In this document: positions 24,018-36,300 of the stretch, piece after piece | Layout: every line of letters starts with the position of its first letter | Position numbering within the stretch: position 1 is the stretch's first letter | From: Pavona decussata | Lineage: Eukaryota | DNA: 64,000 bases | Assembly: GCA_977016875.1 (NCBI GenBank) | Contig: CDRNST010000180.1 | Span: forward strand, 682,001 to 746,000 | Direction of reading: 5' to 3' | Made by a program: the position numbers and the translations under genes | The notes under the pieces: model-generated | What the model was told of the DNA's origin: nothing | The model's input: the letters and a program-made list of their open reading frames with translations, nothing else | Databases searched by the model: none

Positions 24018-24031
24018 GTTGCTGTGGCAAC
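24018..24031. promoter_or_regulatory. Candidate RFX X-box upstream of the DCLK gene
   Basis: gttgctgtggcaac is a close match to the palindrome GTTGCCATGGCAAC, ~420 bp upstream of the ATG. Confidence 0.5.
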
Positions 24032-24452
24032 CTAGTACAACATGAATGCACGCGCATCTTACAACGCGCGGTTGCTGTGATGTAATGAATAGTAAACTTG
24101 GATTTTACGAAACTTCTCGATGGCTTAACTTTGCGATTACCTCACGGCCGCCCTTGCCGTTGAATGGCGATTGATCCTTCTAAAGAGTTGAGACGGAAAA
24201 GGTTGCAAGCAACACTAAAATTACAAGTTTGGTTTCACTAATCGAACCTTTAAGAAGTTAAACAATCGATCGATCTTCGGTGGCAAATTAATTGACCTAA
24301 GCTGGATTGCCGTATTGTCGACATTATTTTCTATTGTGATCTGTTATGTCTGAAATATCATTAACAAGGAGTTCAAGGAAAGCCGTAAAGATCTTCAACT
24401 GAGAACGGAATTAACCAACAAAGCTGTTTTAACAGAAAACAGCGCATACAAG

Positions 24453-27400
24453 ATGGCGACCGCGAAATCATCATTCGCCGGTCAAATCGAGGAGGTCAAC
24501 CGATCATCAAAGACAGTTACTTTTTACGTCAACGGTGATCGAAATTTCCGCGGGCACGTAATGGTTATTACTGCCAGAAGATTTCGGAACGTGGAAATTC
24601 TTTTGAACGAGTTGGGTCGGCTGACGTACTTCAAGGATTTACCCCTGGGAGTTCGTTACTTATTTTCCCTTGAGAGCGGCGCCAGAGTTGACAACCTTGA
24701 ACAGTTAATTGACGGCAAAGCATACGTTTGCTCATCCCACTCACGTCTCAAGAAGATCTCATACGGAGGGAAGCCACCCTTGGCTCACTGGGGCTCCAGA
24801 CAGCAGTTCGAACTGCCTGATATACAACGGATGGCGAATAACGAAACAAAACGACGAATGCTCGGTGTTAAAACGACAGAGCATTCGAGGCCACGAGGAT
24901 ATTCTGACCCGAAATCAAACCAGAGTGATCGTAAGGTAAATTTGAAGCCTAAAATTGTCACTGTAATCAGAAATGGACCTCACAAACCTCGTACGGTTGT
25001 GAAAACTCTTCTAAACAAAAGAACTGCGCAGAAACTCGAGCAGGTTCTCGATGAAGTCGCAAGTTCCTTTGGCAACACCGGTGGACTGAGCCCGCCGAGA
25101 AAACTATACACAGTGACAGGACAGCATGTCCGCGACGTGGCTGAACTATTTCGTGACGAAAATAACATATTTATTGCCGTGGGAAGTGAGAAGTTCAGTC
25201 CTGACGAAGTCGCAGATATTTTGGAAGATCTGGAGGAGAGTACGAACTCGAAAAAGCATTCTAAACGAAAGCAATCGAAAATGGGTTACGAAGGAATGTC
25301 ACACAACAAACAAAGGAATGCTAAGGGTAAAGATGTCGAGCAGATGAAACCTATTAACACTGCTGAGGAAAGCAAACTACCAAAGCTGCCTGACATTCAT
25401 GCTATAGTTGAGAATAAACCAAAACAGGAAAACAGTAACAAACCGCGTGTGCAAGCTAATTTGAACGCTAAGAGATCGCAAGTCAGTCACGGGAAAGTAA
25501 AAGAAGTTGACGCTCGTAGCCCGGAAAGAAAACATCACAATGCAGTGAAACTACCTAAAATTGGTAACAATAACTTAGTTTCGAAACCGATGAAAGAAAA
25601 TAAAGAAAATGAAGAAATTTCTAAACCTAGCAACGAGGTAAATAATAGTGCCTTTGGGACTCAGAATGCTCAAGGAGAACTCAATGAATCGGAGAATGTA
25701 AACAATAATTACACCGGCACGGGAAAACCAAACAGAAAAGAGTCTGTGAGTAAGAAACACAGCGTTAGCAACAGTAAAACACGAAAGAAAACGTCAAGAG
25801 ATGACAGTGGAATTATAACAGAGGAAGAGGTTAAATATGGAACTGTCACAGACAGGAGCGTCGAAGATGTTTATCACATAGGCAAGAAAATTGGCGACGG
25901 AAACTTCGCTGATGTGCGTGAATGCGTTGATAAAATAACCAAGAAAGAATTTGCTTTGAAAATCGTGGACAAAAGCAAAATTCGGGGCAAAGAGCAGATG
26001 ATAAAAGACGAGATGGAGATTATGCGAAGGTGTAAACATGCGAATATTGTACGTATGTACGAAGATTTTGACACCCCACGACACATTTATCTCGTCATGG
26101 AGTTAATCAAGGGAGGCGATCTCTTCGATGCTATTTCGTCGTCGGTGAAATTCACAGAAGATGTCACGCGGAATTATGTGAAGGACATTTGTAAATCCCT
26201 GGCGTACTTACACACAAGAAAAATTGTTCACAGAGATCTAAAGCCGGAAAATCTGCTGGTGAGTAGAGCTTTGCCGTTAGATAGTACTCTATGTCAGAAG
26301 GTCACACTTAATCAGTCCATATAAGTTGGCTCTTAGAGAAATAAGTCCGTATATGAAATTAATTTTTAATGATGAGTTCTCAGTAGTAATAGTTGAAAGA
26401 TCCTTTTCAATTACCAGCTATTGAAAATGGGACATTAATCCAAAAAGAAGAAAAATGATCCAAAGTTCATTTGACAAAGGAAACGAAGGCTTGGGATAAA
26501 ACATTTTGTGAGTAAATGTTGTCTTTGTTTAGCAAACACAAAAAAACCACAATGCATTAAAGCTTGCTTACTATTCAAACAATTACACCCAGATTTTTAT
26601 TAAAAACGGCTCCATTGTTTACTTAATTTGGCTTCTAACATTATTTTGATGTAACCATGGAAACTTAACAGATTTAATGACAGCTGGCGTTTTCTGAAAG
26701 ACCTTTTCCACACAAAGCCAACTTAGTTCTTTCTGTGAAATTTCGTGGATGAAACAAATTGCATCGGCCAGTGCTTTCCTGCGGTGCTAAATTTTAAGTC
26801 TGAGGATGAAATCCTAAAGTGTGACCATTCAAACGAAAGCTACTGAGCAGTACTTTCCTGTGTGCTGCATGTTTAGTATACTGCATAAGGTGGTTCTAAG
26901 TTTTGAGTCTGTGGATAAAATCCGAAAGTGTGACCAATCAAATATAAGCTAAATTTTGCAAAGTCCTTCAGTGCTGTGGTGTTCAAATGGAAGTTATAGA
27001 GCAATGGTTTTCAACCGTCAAGCTCTTCTAAAATGTCTCAGATCTGTGCTTTGTAACTTTTACTGAGTGCTTCTCATTAAATACAGCATATAAAACCTTT
27101 GCTAGATGCATACCCATCTTTCCTCTCTACTCACCTCTGACAATACAAAATATCAATATTATGCGGCTTAACTTTGTAGCTTCAATATGCACTATCATCA
27201 AATCTCTTTCCTTTTTATTAAATGCCTCTTTCTGTAGCTTTAATGCTTTAATGTTTTTAATTAAATCCCTTTTTCATTAAATACATTTGCTTTGAGTTTT
27301 AATGCACCTTTAATCTGATCAACATTTTATTAAATACGTTTCTCTTTACAAATTCCTCTTCCACTAAATGCATCTTTACTTTGCTCTTTTTGAGTGTTAT

Positions 27401-28629
27401 TATTCAACATTCAACCCTCTTATCAAATTACTTCCAATTCAATCAAGTTGGACACCTTGTCGCCCGTTCATACTTATAATCTATTGTTTCCTTTTGTCCA
27501 CACTGGGCACTGTCTTTTACAATCTTACACTTCTTTCGTTTATTATCCAAACTAAGGAATGGAAAAGAATGTTTTGCTTATCAACAGATTTGATAACTAA
27601 TTGTGTAAAGGTAATTTGGGCACCGTAAAGAGATTCGAGTGTCGACGTTTCGAGCGTGAGCCCTTCGTATGAAACGTCAGCGCTCAAATCTCTTTGCAGT
27701 GACCAATTTACCTTTAGTTATCAACTCTATCGATAAACCAAACATTCGTTTCTACTCCCCACCGACACAGCACCACAGTTTCTTTAGCAACTAACCTCCT
27801 TCAAGAATGGAAAGCACAGACGTTTCAATAGGTTTTTGCCCATTGTTCACATTAAATGAAAAACGGCGTCAAAGTGTCGCCGATTTCCCCACGTTTTGTT
27901 GGCAAAAACTCATTAAGAGTTGTCGCAAAAACACATTAGTGTTGATGACCTAAGACGCATTGTCGAAAATGTTGTCTAGCATTGCGAGGTTTGTTGCCTA
28001 GAGATATCCGTTCGAAAAATGAACTTTCTAACATCTTGACACAGCAATGACTTATTTGAGGTTGTATTTCGTTTTAGGTTCACAAGAAACCGAATGGTCA
28101 AACGATCCTCAAACTCGCCGACTTTGGCTTAGCTATGGAGGTGAAAACTCCAATATTCACAGTATGCGGAACACCCACTTACGTAGCACCAGAAATCCTG
28201 GAGGAGACTGGGTACGGGCTCAAGGTAGACATGTGGGCAGCGGGTGTCATCACCTATATCATGCTCTGTGGTTTCCCGCCATTCCGGAGCGCCAAACGGG
28301 ACCAAGATGAGCTGTTTGATTTGATCATGGAGGGCGATTACGAGTTCTTGTCCCCTTACTGGGATAAAACTTCCGACGAAGCAAAGGACCTGATATCAAA
28401 ACTGCTCGTTGTGAGCCCGAACGATAGATATTCCGCGGAAGAAGTTTTGGTTCACCCTTGGGTAAAGAACACAGCCGATTCCGATCTCGGCGGCGACTAT
28501 CTCGGTCGAAATGCTGTCCCGAGGAGGAAGTTTAAGGCTGCAGCTATTGCTGTGCAGGGAGTGAAAAGATTTGAAAACTTAGCAGAGCAGTTTCAGCGTC
28601 AGCGAGGAGAGAAAGTCATCGTTAGGTGA
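24453..28629 (+). CDS. DCLK3: Doublecortin-like serine/threonine kinase (two DCX domains plus CAMK-type kinase, DCLK3-like), ~785 aa
   Basis: Exon 1 24453-26258 (CTG|gtgagt) and exon 2 28078-28629 (tttag|GTT), phase 0. DCX1 begins FYVNGDRNFRG; DCX2 begins KPKIVTVIRNG. Kinase motifs: GDGNFA, ALKIVDK, HRDLKPEN, KLADFG, CGTPTYVAPE, DMWAAGV, GFPPFRS..RDQDELF. The DCLK3 subfamily call comes from recalled similarity. Confidence 0.85.
26770..26950. repeat. Dispersed ~1.7 copies of the same 106-bp satellite (DCLK intron)
   Basis: Contains ggatgaaatcctaaagtgtgaccattcaaacgaaagctactgagcagtactttcctg. A more decayed copy lies at ~59500-59710. Confidence 0.85.
27567..27803. mobile_element. Degenerate Penelope-like hairpin remnant with collapsed hammerhead centre
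   Basis: Imperfect inverted arms (~27571-27651 vs ~27671-27743). The - strand reads acgaagggctcacgctcGAAACGTC, a hammerhead stem II plus GAAA lacking the initial CUG. Flanking gaatggaaa on both sides may be a decayed TSD. Confidence 0.55.
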
Positions 28630-30322
28630 CACTTGAAGCCGGTATCTGCATGCGGTGAAACCACTACCGCTCTGGGAAATGGTCCAATCGTAGCACTGAA
28701 CAACTCACGATTTGGATTGGCCAATCAGAATAGAGTGAACTGAAGCTGCACCTTGTTGTGCAGATACGTTATCGTACGACCCGCTTTTTAAACGCGGGCT
28801 CAGTCAATTTCCCAAGACTAGTTCCGGTTCGAAGATAGTAGCTGTTGCATTTTTTACTCCGAGATGATACATCATATTCTCATGTCGTTCGTACTGCCTT
28901 TGTGCTTAATTTACTCCAAGCCGTCGGAAAAAAGTGTCTGAGAATAGTTTCCTATAGAGTTTGTAGTTGAATTCTTTATTTTAGTGATGACGTAATCTAT
29001 TTAATGAAAATTACACCAAAGTGGTAGTATTTGAAATAGTGCATCGCAAAACAAGAAAACGATTGCGTCTTTACGATGATTTTTGTAGTCGAGAGTTGTC
29101 TTTCCCTTGACTTAGAGATCATGGTTATACAAGTACATATCACTCAGAGCTGTAAGGACTTATATAGTTATCACCATCTATTTCCTTGTTACTATCTTTA
29201 CTTGATTTTAGGCCAATAAAAAATATCGTAGGTGAATAATCTACTGCAAGAATAGATTGAAGAGAATGATTTGTGTATTTGTAAATACGCTGGATTTCTA
29301 ACTCTTGCAATGTGATATTGACTATCTTTTTGATGGGTAGTTAAATAATTGATAGGGACATGTGAAAATTGATTAAATTATTTATAATTTATTGAGGAAA
29401 GTGGTTTTGTTAGTCTATAATCCATGTGCTTTGCGCAGCTATAAAACAAAAGACGTCACTGGGTGGCACAACTTCAGCAGTAAGCGCAGTAGTCTCCGTT
29501 GTAAACAAAACGAATAGAGACATCACAACTGGCTGCAGCCTGACCAGTCTGCTGTTTGAATAGTCTGACTTGTTTCAAACCCATCTAGTTGTAAGCAACG
29601 AGTGTTCAAAGAGGGAACCATCACTCACAAGAATGGCGCCCTTGGTGCTAGGCTACATTTCATTATAGTTGATTATATGTTTCCCAAGTTCACTTTCCTA
29701 GGGGCATGAAGGAATAGCCCCCTTCGTAACAGTTATTTCAGTGGTCAAGCAACCGTTCGCGTTGATAGAAAGAGGTGTTGGGTAACTGCTCGCATTGCAT
29801 TTACAAAGGAGGGTAAATATTAGACGAGGAGCACCTCAATGTGATATTCTCTTCACACCTGTCTAACGCCCAGTTGATGTCCTTTGTTCAACACAGACAT
29901 CAAGAGGTTGAGCTGAGCTGAACTACCCTATCTGACTCACGCACTGGGCTTTGTTTTAACATTTTCTTACTCGTGTCGGACGATTCTAAGATGCGAATAT
30001 ACATGTTTATTCAAGATGTTAATTTGTACAAATAACACAAACAAAGAACACTGATTATCTTGATGAAAACACGAAGTTTACCCTATAACGTTTTGAAAAA
30101 TGAAAAAAAAAAAAAGACGTTATATAATATAAAAATTAAAACCCACTTCTGCTATTTACATATTAACAAATCAGGAAAGCTTTTTTAGTTAGTTGCTTTG
30201 AGCGCGTTTAGATTTGCTGCTTCCCGCGAAGGACCTCGGCAGGTTATTCCATTATTCCACAGCAAAAAAAAAAAAACAAAAAAAAAAAAAATGGAGATGA
30301 TTAAACTTGTAATTTGATTCGC

Positions 30323-33300
30323 TCAAGCGTAAGACTCGAGTTGGATTTCTGGAATTAAGTAAGTTACTTCTCCATCGTTCCTGAGAAAATCGTCGTCCTC
30401 TTTGATATCAAAATGTACTTTCTTGATAAGCGTTACAAGTCGATCGACCCTTTCTTTCAGCCTTTGTGCCTCATCAATCCGTTTCATTTTCTTGTATTTT
30501 GGTCTCGTATGTTCCGATCCAGCTCCGACACGATTTCTAAAAATTGAACGCGACTTGAATCCCAACCAGTTCAAAAACTGTTCGGTCATGAAGTCGATGA
30601 TCTCGTGCTCGTTGGATTGGAGGTCGTTCTGTTGTTTGACCTTGTTAAAATTTTCTATTATGATGGACAAAAACATGTTGACAAGAATGAACACAACTCC
30701 AATGCTGTAGAAAAAGAACATCATGGGTCCAAGAACCCTGTTGGCGCGCTCCAGGTTAACATAGCTAAACTTTCCAAGCATCACGCTGATAAGAGTTTCA
30801 ACCGTTGTCACAAAAGTGTGGAATTTGTACAGCTCGTGCGAGAATACTAGATAACACAGGTGCGAGAACCCGACGAAAACCAGCCCGAAGATGATTCCGA
30901 AGTGGACGAGTTCCCGAGCCGAAGATTTGATTGTGGAACCGAGTAGAGACATACGACGATTGAACCTAAAAAGTCGGAGAAACTTGACCGATGTTATGAA
31001 CACAACGAAAGCGTAAACATAACCGAATAGCTGATCAACAAGAGCGAGGTGTTGGAAGTCCACGAATTGTCCAGGGTTCTCGCGGAAGGACGTTTTTGTG
31101 TATTTGTCCAGTCCAAACCTGATCGCATATAGGACGATACTGGTCCATGACAATCCTATTAGAGTCAGCTCAATCCATGTCCAGAATTCAGCCATGTAAT
31201 TCTTAAGCTCTGACTTAAGAAACCGCTTAAATTCGCGATAGGTAAACAACAGAGTAAAAAGAACGAAAGAAACTTCACAGACGAGTACAAATATCAGAAA
31301 ATTCCCCACGTAGCGATCGATTCTTGTTGAGAGCAGCTGTATAAATGGGACAACACCACCCGCAGCAGTAAACTCCAGCAACAAGTTGACAACGCAGTAG
31401 AGGTTGCTGTGACCATTGTACACTGTAAACTCGACAAATACCGCGCGTGTGTATTTGTCGACCCAGCCGTTTAATTTCAAGTCGTTTAACAGGGAGTATG
31501 CATCGTTAATAGTTGAACCTAAGTCAACTTTGTAGCCGCCTCCACGGTACAGCGCGAAGTGCCCCAGGAAAGGACGTGTTTTGAGTTCAGTAGTTGTCTT
31601 GTAGTGCCACGCGCTGCAGCCTGAATCGTAAGAACTGTTCTGATTGGCTGGTTTCCAACCACGTGCGTAGCTGAGAGTCTGATCCTCAGCTTCCCACGAG
31701 TAAGGCTCTTCACAGGCCCCCAAATATGTTTCTAACACTTGGTGAACTTTGCACGCGCCTGAAATAAAGGGAAACAAGGCGAAACAGAAGCTCAGTTGTA
31801 CTTTCGAGCCAAATATTTTCCCGTTTGGTAGATTTTTTGTTATTTTCCTCACAATCCGCCCAAAGAAGATCCCGTAGAATTTCATTTACCCCTAAACTGA
31901 TTTTCCGTAAACCCTGTTTACTTCACTTTCCAAACTTTCACATTAATGTCACCAAATCCAGACCTTGGTGAAAAGAGGTCGATTCAGAACAATTTGTGTA
32001 TTTCTTCAAGGTCCAGCAAATACCACTGATCAAATTGCATTCTCAAAATGAACTCCCATCCCCTTAGAAAAAAATCATTAATTTTTATAAAACTGTGCCC
32101 CAGCAACGTCCCTTCTCCAACCCCCACCACGTAGACAATTCGCAAAATTACACTCCCGTCCGCAAACATTTCATAAAATACTGTAATTCAATTGTTGCCA
32201 GCCCAAGATTTCATTGCTTTTATTGCCTTAACATCCGGGCACTTACCGCTCTTCACTCGCAGCTGCCTCATGCGAGCCACGCCCACCACATACGACATCT
32301 TGTCATTCACGAACCCAGGCTCCCCAGACTTGCCGTTGTACCATATACCGTTGAAGAGGGTTGGGACTAGAGTCTGATTCATCCATTCCCAGAAGTCAAC
32401 AATATTGGTGACCTGTGGGTGCATTTAGGACGAACGTGACATGAATAGAATTGATACTAGTGTAGACCACATCTGCCCTCGCTGTTTAAGACTAATCTGA
32501 TATAAATCCCCATCTGCGATCTGATGCGTGAAGAATTCGTTTTTGGAAAATGATGTGGTGGCATTTTACACCTTTACATCTGACAGAATGGTCGTAATTA
32601 TATGGGTATTCTTTGAAATCAAAGAAAACCTTGACAGTAATTTGCGTGCAAAAAGACAAAGATTACACTACAACGCGACTGACTTTCAATTTATCTCTTA
32701 TCAGTTTTTCAGGTGACTTGGCAATCTGCCCCTGGGCAGAAAGAAATTTGAATGTACTTTTTTGTAATTTCCTTCCCAGGTACCAGCTAGTTCCATTTAA
32801 AGAGCGGCTTTAATTTTAGTGCCGTAAAACCAAAACGAAGGTAGCCTGAGTATTAGGAAGGCCTGATACTCGGGCTAAAACGAAAGTAATTATTCTAACC
32901 AATCATAACAGACGTAAACAGCGCAAAGAACCAATCAGAATTCGAAGCATGGTGTCAAGGGCGGGAAAAATCGTGCGAGCGAATCACGATTAAGATTTGC
33001 TTCTCGTTGGCTGAGCGAGTTTTGATAACCATTCGCAGAGCGTAGCCAGTGAGGCAAAACCAAAAAGAATACGAATTACCTTCCACAATCAATTGAAAAC
33101 CGTTTTTAAAAGTGTCAGTTTGCGTACCTGTTGTTATAATTTGAAAAGTATTCATTCTATAAAGAAGGCAAGACTCTGAGAACTTGCGTTGGACTCGATT
33201 CTCCTTCGACATCTCTATTTGACTTACAATGTATGATTAAATTAGCAATGAAATCACCACTGAAACATCCAATTAATTGCTTTCAAAGGTTCAAGCTCGC

Positions 33301-36300
33301 AAATAGTCGCGACTATCTACTTAGGAATGTAACTATTTCCGATTAAAGTCCGACGCACCAATTAACCACTCGACAATCTGTACTTACATCAGCAAGCTTG
33401 ATGATATCATCCCCATCATGCTTGTCGGTCGTTTCATGCCTGTCATCCTCACCTCCGCCGGGTGATTCTTGACGACCAACGAACGTGTTCTCCATGTTCT
33501 GCGTCATGAAGTGTGCGTACGGATCTCTATGGCCGCACGCTATTAATAGAACCGCCCACACAAATAGAAAGTAGAACACGATTTCCCGTATGACCGAGTG
33601 CATCTTCCTTTCTTTGAAGAGGCGGACGCGTGCGGCATGAAGCAGAATCTGGAGAGATAACAAGCGAGTAGAAAATAAAGAAAAAGTTTTAAAATAGTAT
33701 CTGAAAAAAAAAAAAGCCAAAAACGAAAACGGGAGTATAATATTCAACCCAAACCACCCCTGTCCAGTGGATGGAACGTTTGTCTGATACAGGAGTAATG
33801 TCGAGAATTTCGGTAGATCAGCTCCGGTAGTAGTTCACGTGCTACCAAGCTATGCACCTGAACACGGAGAGATACAGAGCAAAACATCATGGGAATATGA
33901 GAAAGCTACACCATGGCTAGCTACGCCATGACTAGCGATCAGCAATCTACAATTCAGTACCATGCCAGCTTAGCTAAAAGATGCAAACTCGTTCCTAGAA
34001 TTTTTTCCCTGGAAACTCGGACGGGCGTTTAATTAAAGCCCTGGGAACGAGTACTTGGTTCTGCGTAAACTTAATTGCAAGATCTGGAATGTTTTTTTTA
34101 ACTTTTAAGCTTCCAAAAATTGCTCATTCATACTATGAATTTCCTATTTCTTTCGCTTTTGTCTCCAGTAACTGAAATTGAATGGGATCAGACAAAGCAA
34201 TAAAATAGGTAATAAATAATATCTATACACATTATCCAGCGATAATACATTACTTACCTTATCTGGTGGACGGTGGGATTGCGTGTCAGCGGTCTTAGCT
34301 TCTCCTTTCTGCGTCTGCGTGAGATTTTTCTCGAGCCACTCCTCATCGCGCGCCAGTTCGGAATTGATGACGTCATCTTCTTCATCTTGTGGTTTCTTCA
34401 AAAGCAGCGCAAACAAGATGGCGATGATTATCACCTTAAGCGGTTGACTGATTAAGATGTCCTGAAACATGGATACAAACATGGACACAAGCCACTCTTC
34501 TTGCTGTTTGTTGTCGAATTGTAATCCGTACAACAGGGTGAAGAAGCCAGCAGCAGCTGCTGTGGAAAGGCAAAAGAACCAGCCAATGTACACCAACCAC
34601 CATGGAAACAAGCATGTCAGCTTCTTTCGCTCTTTCTTTTCCTTGGGTTTGTCTGTGGGAACTAAATCGGCGGTTGACTCTACAGAATCCCTGCTGCAAA
34701 CCGACCCTGGGAAAACTGCTGAAACTGAGAGGAAACAATACCAGTAGGTTAGTATATGTAACAAATTTATTTCATGATCATGAGGCCAGCATCGAGGATA
34801 CCCTATCACTGACAACCTTGCAAGTGACTAAAGAAATTACAGACGTTTCGGCCTTAGTCATTCAATTGAGTGTCGAAAGTAATTTCACGTTTGCTTTGGT
34901 TTGCTTTACTTCGCTCTGTGATTGGCCAGCAAATCACGTGCCACTTTCTCAACCAATCAGAAGCAAAACCCAAACCAATTGTGCCTTACTCGCACGCGTT
35001 TTCCCGCGCTTCCCGCCGGTTACATATATTTGCTTCGATTTCTGATTGGTTCATCGCACTGTTTGCGTCTGTTGTGATTGGCCAGAGTAATTACTTTGGT
35101 TTTGGTTTTACTACTCTTAATGAAAACTCTATCAGTGGAAAGCAAGTGGGGTTTTTGTTGGAAACGCGTGCGCCACGAGAGACTATTGAACCGATCAGCA
35201 AGGAACTCAAAGTATGCTTTTTCTTATCAAATCACGAATGACTGTAACAACAGCCGCTACATGATTGTACAGGGGATTTATGGTGTATTTTAATCAGCGC
35301 CACACAAAATAAGCTATCACGTTTTGTTCAAAATCAGTCAAACGATCCCTCGGGGTAACAAACATCACCAAGAAAGAAGAACCAGTTCCTCTCGAGGAAA
35401 ATTCATTAAGTTTAATTGTAGGTTTGGGACTCAGAACTAAATTATCGTTTCGTTCTTTGTGGGAGAAACAGTTTAACATTCCCAAATAAAGATTATAAAC
35501 GGGATTGGTAAAACAATAAAAAGTCATACCGATGTTCACTTCACCTTTTTCTTGATCACGTGATTCGTCCTGGTACATGTAGTAGTATATATCGGACGAT
35601 AAAAAGTCGGGTACTTCTCCCACGAGATCGTCTTTCTCCAGGGTTTTCTGTTTCTTTGAATCCTTTTCTTTGTTTCCTGATGTTAAATCAATTTGACTCT
35701 CAAGCAGCGAGGCGAAAAATTCTTCGTCCCATGAATCCTTGCGCGGGGTCAATGGCGCGCGTATGCTTGTGAGATTTCTCTGTGTCACTTGTACTTTTTG
35801 TTTGAGAACCACTCGTTCGCTTTCTGAATTTGTTGGTGTGATATCGCTAAGTGACACAGCGGTTTGTTTACGAGCTCTACGCTTTTCAGCCTCTGAGATT
35901 TTCGGCTTCTCTTCAGTCGTCGTTCTTTCGGCGTATTTCTGTTTGGCCCTAGGACTCACTGCTCTGTTTCTGAATAACTGAACTATTAACAAGTTTATTG
36001 GGAAGACGATTAAGCTCGATTGAATTCCAATAATAATCTCGTGCCACGTGAATTCAAAGAAGCCGATATCTATTAATACGCTGTTTTGTTTCTCCATGGG
36101 TGTTCTATACCACAGGACGTTCGCTAACATTGAACACATCAGAAGAGATAAACAGCACGACACTCGCTGAACGCACGTAAAGCGACTGCGCACTGGGCGA
36201 AACGCGATGGAAAACCACAAGTGTCCGTCAGAGAAGTCACGTGATGTCTTAGTCTTGAACAGATGGACGAAGTCGCGCAGTTCATCTTTTCCCGCCACTG

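Noticed and set aside
34757-34860. - strand ggccGAAACGTC half-hammerhead
   Set aside because: The CUGANGA half is absent, interrupted by the adjacent repeat; too little to call.
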